The notes under the pieces were generated by a model that had not been told where the DNA came from, searched no databases, and worked only from the letters and a program-made list of their open reading frames with translations. Made by a program: the position numbers and the translations under genes. Positions 32,578 through 43,882 of a stretch of 64,000 nucleotides of DNA are shown here, one piece after another (the stretch's first letter is position 1; each line of letters opens with the position of its first letter). This stretch comes from an endosymbiont of Galathealinum brachiosum. Lineage in GTDB: Bacteria > Pseudomonadota > Gammaproteobacteria > SZUA-229. The stretch is taken from positions 3,850-67,849 of the forward strand of contig QFXC01000002.1 in the NCBI GenBank assembly GCA_003349885.1, read 5' to 3'.

Positions 32578-32721
32578 CTTATCTTCGTTACGCTTTTTAA
32601 CCTCACTATTATATATCTATTACATTTAAGTATCAGCGCATATTTATCACTAATAATGATAGAGAAACGCGCTTAAATCCACTGTTTTTTAAGCTATTAT
32701 TCTCTGTAAAATTAAAGAATT

Positions 32722-32779
32722 AAAGGGGTCGGTGACAAATGTTAATACTAATAATTATCAATTGTCACCGACCCCTTTT
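32722..32779. repeat. repeat family B copy (ggggtcggtgacaa-loop taatactaataattatca-ttgtcaccgacccc)
   Basis: 14-bp stem, shared 18-nt loop core with copy at 43883. Confidence 0.7.
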
Positions 32780-32881
32780 ACTCGCTCACCTTTTACTCTC
32801 CTTTTACTCATTAAAATGATCGAATAAACAGTGTTTGAAAGCGAAGTAAATCAGGCGGACTAATTTACCAGCCACATGAGA

Positions 32882-33658
32882 TTAGTTACTTTTTTGATGT
32901 ATAGACGAGGCGATATTAATAAAAAACTGATCAACATCTGCCTGTACCGGACTAGCATCACCTAAACCAGCGGGATCTAATGAATCAAACCAGCTGTCAT
33001 AATTAACTGCTATTAAGACCTCTTCGCTAAGGTTAGTCGCGGATAAATCTAGCGGGGTTAGAAATAATAAATCCCGGCCAATTAATGTCACTGATTTAGA
33101 TATAATAAATGGATTGCCGTTATAGGTCCCACTCACATATAAACTTTTCCCTACCATATCAGGTTCACCGCTACCGATTGCAGGTAGATTGACAGCATCT
33201 TCATCTGCTACTGCCATATCAATACTAACGCCACATAGTTGATCAGTTATTAAGGTGATATTACCTAAATCAATTTCAGCTCCGTCCGCTAATAATAAAT
33301 TAATCACCACTGGTTCACCCGTCGAATTTTCTGTAGCTTCAGTATGCGCACTAGCTGCGGGTATAATAAAATTCAAGGCTTTTTCTGCCATCGCAACAAA
33401 TTGGGTATCGCACTCATCTGCAATGGTTAAATTTGAAAACACCAGATAAGCTTTATCTAAAACAACCGTTCCAAAACCACTTACATTAATTGTTTTTGGC
33501 CCCGCAACCGCATTCAAATTGCTAACCGTGTCTGGCGTAGCTGAAAAATCCACATGAATGCCTTCAGTGATACTATTTGAACCAATATCACATGCCGTTA
33601 ATAACAACATTGAGAGAGATAAAAATAATAATTTCATTTTAATGGGTATCAAAATCAT
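32882..33658 (-). CDS. lipoprotein, last gene of 4-gene periplasmic cluster
   Basis: lipobox LLTAC; overlaps upstream gene by 20 nt. Confidence 0.4.
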   Translation of the reverse strand: MILIPIKMKLLFLSLSMLLLTACDIGSNSITEGIHVDFSATPDTVSNLNAVAGPKTINVSGFGTVVLDKAYLVFSNLTIADECDTQFVAMAEKALNFIIPAASAHTEATENSTGEPVVINLLLADGAEIDLGNITLITDQLCGVSIDMAVADEDAVNLPAIGSGEPDMVGKSLYVSGTYNGNPFIISKSVTLIGRDLLFLTPLDLSATNLSEEVLIAVNYDSWFDSLDPAGLGDASPVQADVDQFFINIASSIHQKSN

Positions 33659-34547
33659 AAGTTACACCTAATGTTATAATCGTTCCTTCTTCATGATTAC
33701 CATTTAATTCCTTAACAACAGGCAACTTTATAATAAAATTTAGAAGCAAATCTTCTTGCAACGTATAGATTACCGCAGGTGCAATAAACGCAATAAAACC
33801 GCCCGAATTTGGATCTTCTACTGAGCTAAACTGATCTTTTTCACTCCAGCGCGCTTCTAATCCTAACTGAAATGCAAGCTCATAATCTTTCGCATATTGT
33901 CCAAAGGCATTAAACGTCCAGGCATCTCCAGCTTGAAATTCCTGAAAACCTTCACCAGATACAAAATAAGCTGTGCTGGTATACATCATCCAGGGAAATT
34001 CAAAATGCGCATACCAGGCTCCTACATTAACCGTGGTAGCACCTGTTCCAGGTTGAACATCAAAATCCAGTACCTGACCATTATTAAACTGTTCTTCTGC
34101 GGTTCCAAATCGAACACCACCTAACAATCCATACATGTGCGACTGAAAGCTATCATGCTCCTGTAAATAGTTTTTAAAATTTATACTAATATCACCAGGC
34201 GTACTAACACTTTCTTTTTCAAGTGTCGTTTTAGTTAGTTCACGATCTACCCAGGGCAAGCTTAGGCCAAACATCCAACGACGATTAGGTGCCCACGCTA
34301 AATTAAGATTGAGTCGATTTTCATCTATTATTTTTAAATCAACACCTTCAACCCCTATTTCTTCATCTCGATTTAAATAATCGACCGATAATCTTAATCT
34401 GTTTTCATAAGGTTTTTCTGCACCTAATGCGGTAAGTGTCGGGTCACCTACCAGACAGGTTGAACATGCAAAGCTGAGCTTAGGTAAAAATAAAACGATA
34501 CTTATAGATACAAGTATTAAATGAGGTTTTGTCATATATATTTTCAT
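33639..34547 (-). CDS. putative outer-membrane beta-barrel protein
   Basis: signal peptide, alternating hydrophobic pattern, aromatic-rich; CSTC near N-terminus. Confidence 0.35.
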   Translation of the reverse strand: MKIYMTKPHLILVSISIVLFLPKLSFACSTCLVGDPTLTALGAEKPYENRLRLSVDYLNRDEEIGVEGVDLKIIDENRLNLNLAWAPNRRWMFGLSLPWVDRELTKTTLEKESVSTPGDISINFKNYLQEHDSFQSHMYGLLGGVRFGTAEEQFNNGQVLDFDVQPGTGATTVNVGAWYAHFEFPWMMYTSTAYFVSGEGFQEFQAGDAWTFNAFGQYAKDYELAFQLGLEARWSEKDQFSSVEDPNSGGFIAFIAPAVIYTLQEDLLLNFIIKLPVVKELNGNHEEGTIITLGVTYDFDTH

Positions 34548-35783
34548 TTAAGGGCACGCCGTATGCATCGGAATATTTTCAAACGGATCAGATAATTCAG
34601 GATTACAAACAAAATCCATATCAGTTAATGATTTTAAAAATTCAATTAAATCCACTTCTTCTGCTGCAGTTAATATAAAACCGGAAATAAAACTACTCTT
34701 ATTCGGGTTTAAAGCACCATCCCCCTGATTTTCCCCTGTAGAAATTAATCGCCCTCCTCTTTTATAATGCGCGATGACCTCTTCAAGTGATGCAATACTT
34801 CCATCATGCATATAAGGTGCAGTCAGTTCTATATTACGTAAAGTCGGTGCTCTAAATTTTCCTTCGTCTTCCGCCGCTAAAGTAAACTCTATTAACCCTG
34901 GATTGTTGTCAGGAAAAGAACCATCACCATTTAAATTATATAATCCCGTATTGTGAAAGGGTTTAGAGTCAAGTGCGGTACCAGTATGATCTATTGAATC
35001 ACTAAAGTTGAAACCACCATGACAATGAAAACATTCAGTGCGTTCGCTAAAAAATATTTCACGCCCGCGTTTTGCAGAATCCGACATGGCATTAGCATCA
35101 CCACGTTGAGTTTTATCGAAAGCTGAATTGCCCGTTATCATCGTTGCACCAAAAGCGCCAATAGCTTCTGTGAACTTAAATATTGTAAATGGATCTGCTG
35201 CATCAGGAAATGCATTATTAAATAAGGTTGGGTAATCAATGGTTCCCGCAACAGGGTCAACTAATACCTGCCTGAATCGATTAGCAATTTCAATATCATT
35301 GCCTTCCCAGCCTAACTCAACTGGATCTTCATTTGTCAGAACGGCCAGTGCCTGTTCATGCAAATGAACAATGACATTATTGCTCCAGTTTTGAGTCGCA
35401 TTGTATACAACATTCCCCATACTCATTGAATTACGAGGATGAACCGCACCTTCAGAACCAATAGATGTTACCAGGCCATCTGTAAATGCTTTATCCTGCT
35501 GATGACAATCTGCACAGGACTGTGTTTGATTAAATGACATATTCCGGTCATAGAATAAAAAACGACCCAACTCAATTTTTGCGTTAGACAACCTGAAATC
35601 ACATGGAATACTGGGTTCAGGAAAATCTGCTGGATAGGAAACTAAACCATCTACACCACATTCAGTTTTGCTTAACGGTTCGTTATCTGAACCGGCTTCA
35701 CCGCCCCCACCACAACCTGTCAATAATGCAGAAAAGAATATTGATAGAATTGTGGCAGGTATTGTATTTAACAACTGTTTCAT
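34548..35783 (-). CDS. di-haem cytochrome c peroxidase family (CCP/MauG/MbnH-like) lipoprotein
   Basis: two CxxCH (CADCHQQDKAFTDG; CFHCHGGFNFSD) in CCP-typical context; lipobox LTGC. Confidence 0.7.
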   Translation of the reverse strand: MKQLLNTIPATILSIFFSALLTGCGGGGEAGSDNEPLSKTECGVDGLVSYPADFPEPSIPCDFRLSNAKIELGRFLFYDRNMSFNQTQSCADCHQQDKAFTDGLVTSIGSEGAVHPRNSMSMGNVVYNATQNWSNNVIVHLHEQALAVLTNEDPVELGWEGNDIEIANRFRQVLVDPVAGTIDYPTLFNNAFPDAADPFTIFKFTEAIGAFGATMITGNSAFDKTQRGDANAMSDSAKRGREIFFSERTECFHCHGGFNFSDSIDHTGTALDSKPFHNTGLYNLNGDGSFPDNNPGLIEFTLAAEDEGKFRAPTLRNIELTAPYMHDGSIASLEEVIAHYKRGGRLISTGENQGDGALNPNKSSFISGFILTAAEEVDLIEFLKSLTDMDFVCNPELSDPFENIPMHTACP

Positions 35784-35814
35784 ATTGACGCTCTACTATA
35801 AATATCAATAAAAA

Positions 35815-36714
35815 CTATTGTTTACTGAATAGTCTTTGTTCACCACTGTATGCAGAAGTGCTGCTACCGTTGCCATAGTTATAATCTAGACCAAGACGCG
35901 GCATTACTTCAATACAGTCATCATCATTCGCAAATGACTGGCAACCATGTTTGTTGTTAGTGCCACCTAGGGTAGTTGAAATATCAGATGCTTCTAATAC
36001 ATTCACCGGGTCGATAACAATCGTATCCGTATTTACATTCATATTTTGAACACAAACTTCAACTGTATTTGGAACCGTACAAGATTGAGTCGGTGCCACC
36101 GTTGCAGCACCCGTTCCACAATCACCTTGCGCGCCAAGATGAATATTAAATGGAAGGTTGGTTCCAGCTGGATCACCTACACCATCAATGCGTAAATATT
36201 TACGGCCAATTTTCCATGCCCATAACATACTCACATCGTTTAAAGGTGAAGCCGCTGTGCTGGCATCGGTATGGTTCATGTCTTCTGGCACACCCAGTGT
36301 AAAGCAAACTTCAGTATTACTTAAATCGACACTCTGAGGTGTTGTCACAGTACCCGCTATCATCGTATTTGTTTGAGTCGTGCCGGCATTACAGCCATTT
36401 TCAAAATCTAATAGAGCCAGTCCATCCAACTGGAATACACCATCCTGACTAAGCGCTACTTCGTACTCGACGCCACTTGCTTCATCATGAATATGAACGT
36501 CATGAACATATAATCTAAAATCTGTAACTGTATAGTCATTATTGTTTGTACCAACACCTGAATAGGTATCGCCACACACAAAATCCGTATTATTAACTTT
36601 TGCGGCAAAATCTAAGACTATAGGGGATTCACTGGATACGTCATTACTATCACATGCACTTACAAGGATAAGACAGCTTAAAATACTCAATACTGGGGTG
36701 ACTGATTTAATCAT
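35815..36714 (-). CDS. periplasmic lipoprotein immediately upstream of the di-haem peroxidase; possible MbnP-like partner
   Basis: lipobox LVSAC; gene order partner->peroxidase resembles mbnP-mbnH pairs (inference, not sequence-verified). Confidence 0.35.
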   Translation of the reverse strand: MIKSVTPVLSILSCLILVSACDSNDVSSESPIVLDFAAKVNNTDFVCGDTYSGVGTNNNDYTVTDFRLYVHDVHIHDEASGVEYEVALSQDGVFQLDGLALLDFENGCNAGTTQTNTMIAGTVTTPQSVDLSNTEVCFTLGVPEDMNHTDASTAASPLNDVSMLWAWKIGRKYLRIDGVGDPAGTNLPFNIHLGAQGDCGTGAATVAPTQSCTVPNTVEVCVQNMNVNTDTIVIDPVNVLEASDISTTLGGTNNKHGCQSFANDDDCIEVMPRLGLDYNYGNGSSTSAYSGEQRLFSKQ

Positions 36715-37395
36715 TACTTTCTCATTTAACTACTGGGGGTTAAATCAACTATAAGGGCTTCATTTGACACATACAATGCGACAAATTGACTCATGTCAAT
36801 TTGTCATAATTCAGCCGGCACTCTATTAACCTATTGAATTTACTGACAATTTCTTGTTACACCATTGAAAACCAGAAAAGAAACAGGTGCCAGTGACACA
36901 CTTACGGCATTCGGAATTAAACTTGCCACTCTTCCGTCTCCTACTAAAAGCACCACAACAAAGCTTAAAAATTTAGCTAAATTTGATACTAAATTAAAAT
37001 ATACACACTTTAATTTATAATATACATTCTGACCTTTACCTTGTTCTTTCATATAGACATTTTCAAACAGCTTTACCTGCTTTAGTAACCAGCTTAATGA
37101 TGGTTTAGGGTTCATTTGATAATTGGCAAACTGATTAATTAACCCAGCTGGTGTGAACAGAATACAGAATTACGCGTTTTCATTTCCCTGTTACCTTCAT
37201 AACGAAATTTAACAAAAGGTTTAAAATTCGAATAATCTGAAATAAAACCTGAAAACTCTTCCTGTATAAGCGTATTGTTTGAGCACGCTGATAAAGCCAT
37301 AAACAGTAAAAGGCTAAACAAGTGGCTGATTTATTTATCCATAAAGAGTCCTTTTTTATGCAACACAAAATATGGGATTAGAATAACAGCACTTT

Positions 37396-37447
37396 AAGGG
37401 GACGAAGGGGACGGAGGGATTATTTTTTAATCCCTCCGTCCCCTTTT
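37396..37447. repeat. repeat family A copy with partial internal duplication (aaggggacgaaggggacggaggg)
   Basis: extra gggacgaa half-arm before the full element. Confidence 0.75.
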
Positions 37448-37456
37448 ATTCAATAT

Positions 37457-37783
37457 TTAATTTAAAACAGCCAGAAGCACACTAACCACTGAAATAACAA
37501 TAGCAATAAAACTTAACCTTCTGAGAAACACTAACTCCTGTTGTAACTTAATAGCCGCAGCATCGACGCCTTCCATTGAGCCTTTAAGTTGCACTGCTAA
37601 TATTTTAACCGACTCAGCATTTTGAGTAGCGGCACTTTGTAATTCAGCTATCTGCTCTGGAATAATATCGTCGGTGTCTTTTTGAGTTGAGCGTGATGTA
37701 AATGCAGGTACTGCAATGGATAACACCTGAACCACATAAGGCATCGCTGATTTAATTAAAGGAATCCATGCTGCCATACTCAA
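37457..37783 (-). CDS. hypothetical protein with C-terminal TM helix
   Basis: ORF only. Confidence 0.3.
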   Translation of the reverse strand: MSMAAWIPLIKSAMPYVVQVLSIAVPAFTSRSTQKDTDDIIPEQIAELQSAATQNAESVKILAVQLKGSMEGVDAAAIKLQQELVFLRRLSFIAIVISVVSVLLAVLN

Positions 37784-37853
37784 CCTCTTTTTTGTTATTT
37801 ACTATTACCGAAGCCATTAAAATTATGTAACAATTGTTACCAGGCTCTGCTTA

Positions 37854-38198
37854 TCAATTTCCCATAGCGCTTATATGCTCTGAGAAATAAGTTTTATACA
37901 CCTCATCAGTTATACCAGTAACATCAAGATAAATTTCATCCGCATCAGGTATTGATATTAAGTTACCACCTGAAAACTCAACCACATTACCTGCTTCATC
38001 AAGCAAACTAAAATCTTTATTCAGGTCAATAAATACGACACCTTCATCTTCTTCACCACCTATACTTTTAATCCAGTTAGCCAGTGATTTAGATCCACCC
38101 ATATTATTGAATACACCCGATACTGCTCGAATTGAAGGGTCTCCTCTCTCAAGTTTACTGTTACCTACATTTTCGCCTTCATGGGTCAGTGTGTACAT
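37854..38198 (-). CDS. hypothetical protein
   Basis: ORF only. Confidence 0.3.
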   Translation of the reverse strand: MYTLTHEGENVGNSKLERGDPSIRAVSGVFNNMGGSKSLANWIKSIGGEEDEGVVFIDLNKDFSLLDEAGNVVEFSGGNLISIPDADEIYLDVTGITDEVYKTYFSEHISAMGN

Positions 38199-38325
38199 AA
38201 TTCATATTCCTTTTTATTATAAAAACAGTTAAATAGTATCAATTTTAATTAGTGCTATTTTGCTCTGACACCTATCAATATTATAGAAGAAACTGAGCTC
38301 TACTTCATTTATTATCAAAGCCCCA

Positions 38326-39177
38326 CTACTCAGTTTCTTTATTAATCGAGTTCAGACGAATACCATCAGACTCAATCGTAATTATTCTTTCTTTATATAA
38401 ACCACCAATGGCTTTTTTGAAGGCGGCTTTACTCATGCCAAATAGCTCAGTAATGACCTCGGGGTCCGTTCTGTCGTTCACCGTTGCAAAACCCTGCTGA
38501 GATTTTAAATAATCTAAAATAATGTGTTTGTTTTTAGTGCGGGTTTCATCACCGCCCTGCAAGCTTAAGTCTATTTTCCCATCCGGACGAACATGCTTAA
38601 TGAAACCTTTAATGCTTTGCCCAAAACTTAACTGCTTGAACACTTCATTTTTATACAGTACACCCCAGTGCTCATGATTAATAATGGCCTTGTAACCAAG
38701 TTGCGTGCTATTGGCAATAATAAGATCAACAGATTGTTGAGGTTTATAATTGTGAGGGGCATCATCATCCAGAAACTTATCTATTTTAGATGATGCTATG
38801 ATTCGTCCATCTATATCACTAACGTATAAATACACAAGATAAGATTTCCCAACCTCCATCGGTCTATGTTGCTCGGCAAAGGGAACCAGTATATCTTTAT
38901 CTAAACCCCAGTCTAAAAACGCACCTACATTAGTAACATCAACAACACGTAAATAGCAGAATTCTTCTACAGCTGCATAAGCTTCCTGAGTCGTTGCAAT
39001 AGGTAGGCCTTCAGAGTCAAGGTATAGAAAAACCTCAAGTTCATCTCCAATTTCCAGGTCATCTGGTGCAAATTTAATCGGCAATAATACCTCGCCAAGA
39101 TTATCGGCATCCAGGTAGTAACCAAAATCTACTTTTTTCACCACTTCTAAATCATAATAGTAGCCAATTTCAATCAT
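38326..39177 (-). CDS. CvfB/YitL-family S1-domain RNA-binding protein with C-terminal winged helix
   Basis: tandem S1-like repeats then KHIILDYLKSQQGFATVNDRTDPEV...FKKAIGGLYKERIITIESDGIRL wHTH. Confidence 0.6.
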   Translation of the reverse strand: MIEIGYYYDLEVVKKVDFGYYLDADNLGEVLLPIKFAPDDLEIGDELEVFLYLDSEGLPIATTQEAYAAVEEFCYLRVVDVTNVGAFLDWGLDKDILVPFAEQHRPMEVGKSYLVYLYVSDIDGRIIASSKIDKFLDDDAPHNYKPQQSVDLIIANSTQLGYKAIINHEHWGVLYKNEVFKQLSFGQSIKGFIKHVRPDGKIDLSLQGGDETRTKNKHIILDYLKSQQGFATVNDRTDPEVITELFGMSKAAFKKAIGGLYKERIITIESDGIRLNSINKETE

Positions 39178-39235
39178 GTTATATTCTCTGCACCAACGGT
39201 ACTATTTAATGGGGTGTTATATTCGGAATCGATAT

Positions 39236-39285
39236 CAGAGTCTAATATTCACTAATATTAGAAACAATTGCGCTCTGACACCTAT
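39236..39285. repeat. repeat family C copy
   Basis: cagagtctaatattcactaatattagaaacaattgcgctctgacacctat upstream of cvfB-like gene. Confidence 0.6.
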
Positions 39286-39835
39286 TTATATTTATACGTA
39301 AGAAATTCATTAAGCTTATAAAGAACAGTAATATAACATTTTAGCTAGTCTAGCGTTAAAAATATCCGCTTTGAAACTAGATTCTGAATTAATGTTTAAT
39401 GGGTTTATGCCTAATAATTAATCGGTGTCTGATACCTGTTTATATTTTTTCTTATCCTGATATTCTCAGTTCAAAACAGACCTATTCTTTTAAACGCAAA
39501 AATTCGATAGATACCTACATTATCAGTAAAGAAATAAAGCCCGTCATAATAGTGAGCATGTTTAAGCCTGACATAAACAATATCTATTAATTGCATATTT
39601 ATATTTAAAGATTAGCCTCACCTATAAAGTAAGCTTATTGATACAGATAAATAAATCTATAGAGCAGAATAAACGTTATTGATATAGATAAATAAAAACG
39701 TTCTTCAAAGTCATTTTGTTTATATTACGACTATTATTTGTAGTAACTGTGTACAGGTCATAGCTACCCTGTATAACCGCTGGTATACACGAATACCTAA
39801 CTATGAATTATTAGATTAATAAAGGATGCAATCAA

Positions 39836-40885
39836 ATGACTAACATCGAAGATCTGCTAGGTAAAGAAGCAAAGTCCCTTCTCTCTCATACCTGTAATGG
39901 AATACCCAAAGCTAATATACATATTCCGGGACCCGATTATATAAATAGAGTTGTTTCTAAAAAAAACCGTAAACCGAGTGTATTACGAAATCTAAGCGCA
40001 CTGTATAACCATGGCCGACTAGCGGGCACGGGTTATTTATCACTGTTACCGGTTGACCAGGGCGTAGAATATTCTGCCGGCGCTTCATTTGCACCTAACC
40101 CCGCTTTTTTTGATCCTGAAAACATAATTGAATTAGCCATTGAAGGCGGTTGCAATGCAGTCGCGTCAACAATGGGTGTACTTAATTCAATTGCCCGTGA
40201 CTACGCACATAAAATCCCTTTCATTGTTAAAATAAATCATAATGAATTGCTTACCTACCCGAATATTTATGACCAGACTTTATTTGCCAGTGTTAACCAG
40301 GCCTTTGATATGGGTGCTGCAGCAGTCGGTGCAACAATCTATTACGGCTCGCCTGAGTCACGTCGACAAATACAGGAAATATCAGAAGCATTTGAACATG
40401 CACATGAACTCGGTATGGTCACCGTATTATGGGCTTACTTGCGTAACAATGCATTTAAAAAAGGTGGTAACGATTACCATGTTGCCGCCGATCTTACCGG
40501 GCAGGCAAACCACCTTGCCGCCACAATTGACGCTGATATTATAAAACAGAAACAGGCACAGAATAATGGTGGATTTAATGCCATTAATTTTGGTAAAACC
40601 CACCCAGATGTATACAACAAACTGACCAGCGAACACCCTGTTGACCTGGTTCGTTACCAGGTTGCCAACTGTTTTATGGGGCGTGTGGGTATGATTAATT
40701 CCGGCGGCGCATCAGGTGATGATGATTTACACCAGGCGATACGTACTGCGGTAATAAATAAACGGGCCGGCGGCATGGGATTAATCTCAGGCCGTAAAGC
40801 ATTTCAGAAACCAGTGAAGGATGGCATTCATTTACTGAATGCTATTCAGGATGTTTATCTATCCAGTGATGTAACTATTGCCTAA
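39836..40885 (+). CDS. fbaB: fructose-bisphosphate aldolase class I (FbaB/DhnA type)
   Basis: nearly collinear with E. coli FbaB across the whole 349 aa (e.g. [45 protein letters not shown]). Confidence 0.9.
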   Translation: MTNIEDLLGKEAKSLLSHTCNGIPKANIHIPGPDYINRVVSKKNRKPSVLRNLSALYNHGRLAGTGYLSLLPVDQGVEYSAGASFAPNPAFFDPENIIELAIEGGCNAVASTMGVLNSIARDYAHKIPFIVKINHNELLTYPNIYDQTLFASVNQAFDMGAAAVGATIYYGSPESRRQIQEISEAFEHAHELGMVTVLWAYLRNNAFKKGGNDYHVAADLTGQANHLAATIDADIIKQKQAQNNGGFNAINFGKTHPDVYNKLTSEHPVDLVRYQVANCFMGRVGMINSGGASGDDDLHQAIRTAVINKRAGGMGLISGRKAFQKPVKDGIHLLNAIQDVYLSSDVTIA

Positions 40886-41080
40886 GTTGTTTTATTAACA
40901 CACTAAATTGTAAACAGATCAGATTCTCGTACTATTTAATATTAATTAGATGTATTAATATATAGATTAACAATAAACCTGTGTTTTTATGGTTTATTGA
41001 TATAGATAAATAAACTATAAAAACACAACCACTATATTAACAGTGTTCACAATTACTTTTTATATAAAATATCAGGGGAA

Positions 41081-41479
41081 ATGACTATGCCAACTGTAAA
41101 AAAACCTGCCGTTAAAAAGAAGACTGTCGCGAAGAAGAAGACCGTTACTAAAAAGAAAAAAGCGATAACAAACCGTAAAGCGGCTCAAAATAAACGCAAA
41201 GCTTTAGCTAATAAGCTGAAAGATGATTTAAAAACCACTAAAAATGCACTCAAATTTGCTAAAAAAGCCGCTAAGGAAGAACTTAAACTTGCAAAAGAAG
41301 CAGCCAAAGCTGAAATTGATGTATTAAAAGATCAACTTAAAGCCACATTAAAACGTGAACAGGCACTACTTCAACTTGGAGAAAAGAAAGCCAAAATGAT
41401 GTTGGCAGCTGGTGAACGCTGGGAAAAACAACAAATTGCTAAAATCAAAAAACTGGCTGTAAAAAAACGTCGAAAATAA
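41081..41479 (+). CDS. lysine/alanine-rich histone H1-like protein
   Basis: KKPAVKKKTVAKKKTVTKKKK... low-complexity basic repeats. Confidence 0.5.
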   Translation: MTMPTVKKPAVKKKTVAKKKTVTKKKKAITNRKAAQNKRKALANKLKDDLKTTKNALKFAKKAAKEELKLAKEAAKAEIDVLKDQLKATLKREQALLQLGEKKAKMMLAAGERWEKQQIAKIKKLAVKKRRK

Positions 41480-41647
41480 ATATAAAAAAATCAGGGTCAG
41501 ACAGTAATTTTCGCTAACATTAGAAAACACTACTCTCTAACCCTGTTTTTCGATTTTCCATCGACCCCATTAATTATTTACCCTTTTAATTTCTTAATCA
41601 TATGGCAAAGAAGCTGTTAATAACTTAATACTCTATCAATATATTTA

Positions 41648-42112
41648 TTAATATAGAATGTACGGGCCACCAGCAATCGCAATAACCACACAAAGCCCTA
41701 GTAACATATTAATTAAGCCTAGAATACGTATAACACGTAAATGCCCCTCTGCTCTCTCATGCGCATGACTTTGAATAGAACGCTTGAATTTCTGGTAAAA
41801 AATAAAATATATCAATAAAAAAACGACTATCATCAGCACGCCCAAACATGCCATTACAAGAATATAAACAGGAGCATTCATAAAATCATTAAAACGGTAA
41901 ATAAGCATACCAATCCCCGAGCTCAGCAAGGTCAATACAGCCAGCCATACCCAAAAGAAAAAAGACTTTAGAATATTAACCCACACTGCAAGTTGCTGCT
42001 CCTGGTCCAGCATGCTAATTGCAGGTCCTGACACCACTATAAGAAAAAACATTCCTCCAACCCATATATTAATGGCTATTAAGTGAATGATGATAGCTAT
42101 AGCATTAAGCAT
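41648..42112 (-). CDS. small integral membrane protein
   Basis: 4 TM helices. Confidence 0.4.
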   Translation of the reverse strand: MLNAIAIIIHLIAINIWVGGMFFLIVVSGPAISMLDQEQQLAVWVNILKSFFFWVWLAVLTLLSSGIGMLIYRFNDFMNAPVYILVMACLGVLMIVVFLLIYFIFYQKFKRSIQSHAHERAEGHLRVIRILGLINMLLGLCVVIAIAGGPYILY

Positions 42113-42361
42113 AATATTTACCTAAATGAATAATTATAGGGGCGATGATAAATTATAACGACAATAATTCTCAGTTGTTACCTACCCATTTTATTTCCAT
42201 ATACATTATATAAATCACTAATATCATCAATACAATTTGATAATAATTGGTGCAAGAGAAAAACATCCACTGCTATTAATAATAATTTCGCTCTGACACC
42301 TATTAACTAATTTAAAATAATTATTTATCTTTTACTCTGAACTCAATCATTATTTAAAAAT

Positions 42362-43687
42362 TTATACGTCATGTTTTTTATTTGTAAATTTAATAATTAA
42401 CCAGGTTGAGCTTATAGCAAATATCAATATAGCCGCTGCCGCTACAACATTACTTAACAATTGCGGTGACACAACTAACAACGTTCCCAACATCAGCATC
42501 ATTACACCTGATAACAATTTTAATACAATGCCTTCCTGTTGAGATAATTTTCTTGAACCCAGTTTTATAGTAAATAAAACAACAATAGCTAATAAAGGCA
42601 ATATATAAACCACGTTATACAACATTAGATATAAGTAATAACTTTCTACAGGCAATGATTTTAACGTCAATATTCGGGTGTACACCATCGGAAAGCCAGC
42701 CGTGCATAACAATTCATAGCTATTTGCCACAATAGCTAACACGACTGTAGCCAGAACAACTACCACTATTGAATCAAGACGTAACAGGTATCGGATACGA
42801 TCAAATATTTTAGGCTTTGCATTTTCAGACAAACTTAGTGATACACCTTTTTTAAACCAGAAATAATCTTTAATATTTATAAGTGAAATAACAATAGCAA
42901 CAGCACCTGCTATTAGTGTAATTAGACGTAATTCACCTAAATATATAAACAGGTTAAGCCAGGCAGACATAAACAGGAAATAGATAGCGCCTGAAAAGAA
43001 CACAAAAATACCACCTATCAATGCCATTCTGCTCCGACTCTGACCATGAACCATCATACTCAGCAAAAATAACAAAACAAAAAAAGCACAGGGATTTAAT
43101 GCATCCATACCTGCAATAAAAATGGTTAACATCAGTAGTGAATAATCATCTGTTGATATATCACCCAATATAGGAATATCAACTGATGTTAAATATTTTG
43201 GATCTAATACAAATTTAGTTGTATTGTCTGGATTATTTTCTTTGGCAAATTGATAACATGCTTGCAAATAAGATTTTAATAATTTACCTGTTGTAGCTTT
43301 ACTATCATAACCACTAATCAAATTTCCACAAAACATAAACGTGGGTACGCTGCGCGCATCATTTCCAAACCTTTCAGCCATATCAATATAGGTTTGTACA
43401 TTTTCTGGGTAATTTACTAATTCGAGTGAATGTAATTTTAACCAGGGAAGTTGCTGATCTATTTCATCAATATCAGGCCGTGCTACCTGGCAATGGGGGC
43501 ATTTTTCTGACCAGAAAAAATATAAATGAATAATTGGCTGATCATTTGTGTTTTTCTCATACCAAAGGGGTTCATCTAATGCAAATGCATCCGCCACTGG
43601 CAACATAAGAAAAAACAGCATTAATAGATAACTAATATTTTTTTCTATTCTATTCATTACCTTTCGTTTATCCATCATTATTAGCAA
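42362..43687 (-). CDS. periplasmic thioredoxin-fold domain (CPHC) fused to polytopic DsbD/CcdA-like membrane domain
   Basis: FFWSEKCPHCQVARPD; then 8+ TM helices with Cys in TM segments (NPCAFF, LLCTAGFP). Confidence 0.45.
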   Translation of the reverse strand: MLIMMDKRKVMNRIEKNISYLLMLFFLMLPVADAFALDEPLWYEKNTNDQPIIHLYFFWSEKCPHCQVARPDIDEIDQQLPWLKLHSLELVNYPENVQTYIDMAERFGNDARSVPTFMFCGNLISGYDSKATTGKLLKSYLQACYQFAKENNPDNTTKFVLDPKYLTSVDIPILGDISTDDYSLLMLTIFIAGMDALNPCAFFVLLFLLSMMVHGQSRSRMALIGGIFVFFSGAIYFLFMSAWLNLFIYLGELRLITLIAGAVAIVISLINIKDYFWFKKGVSLSLSENAKPKIFDRIRYLLRLDSIVVVVLATVVLAIVANSYELLCTAGFPMVYTRILTLKSLPVESYYLYLMLYNVVYILPLLAIVVLFTIKLGSRKLSQQEGIVLKLLSGVMMLMLGTLLVVSPQLLSNVVAAAAILIFAISSTWLIIKFTNKKHDV

Positions 43688-43882
43688 TAATTTCTATAAT
43701 CATGCTAACAAAGCACGGGAGGTATCTCCATCAAATATTTTGTGATCCTGATAATTCTTCTCACACCTGCAGCTTGTTATGCTGAGTCTCAAGGTATTGT
43801 GTTAAAAGGAGACTTTCCCCTATAATCGGTCAACTCGACTCATAACAACCCGTCCTGGCCCAATAGTAGACGCCTGAGTATT

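Noticed and set aside
22618-37447. Possibility that the recurring ggggacggagggatt palindromes form a CRISPR array
   Set aside because: The copies are kilobases apart with genes in between. Each is a self-complementary hairpin, not a direct repeat. There are no regular spacers and no cas genes.
43740-43880. Possible tRNA or other structured RNA between 43687 and 44106 (ggcccaatagtagacgcctgag...)
   Set aside because: I could not fold a cloverleaf with a T-loop (GTTCRA) or an anticodon stem. It is more likely the promoter region plus the family-B palindrome.
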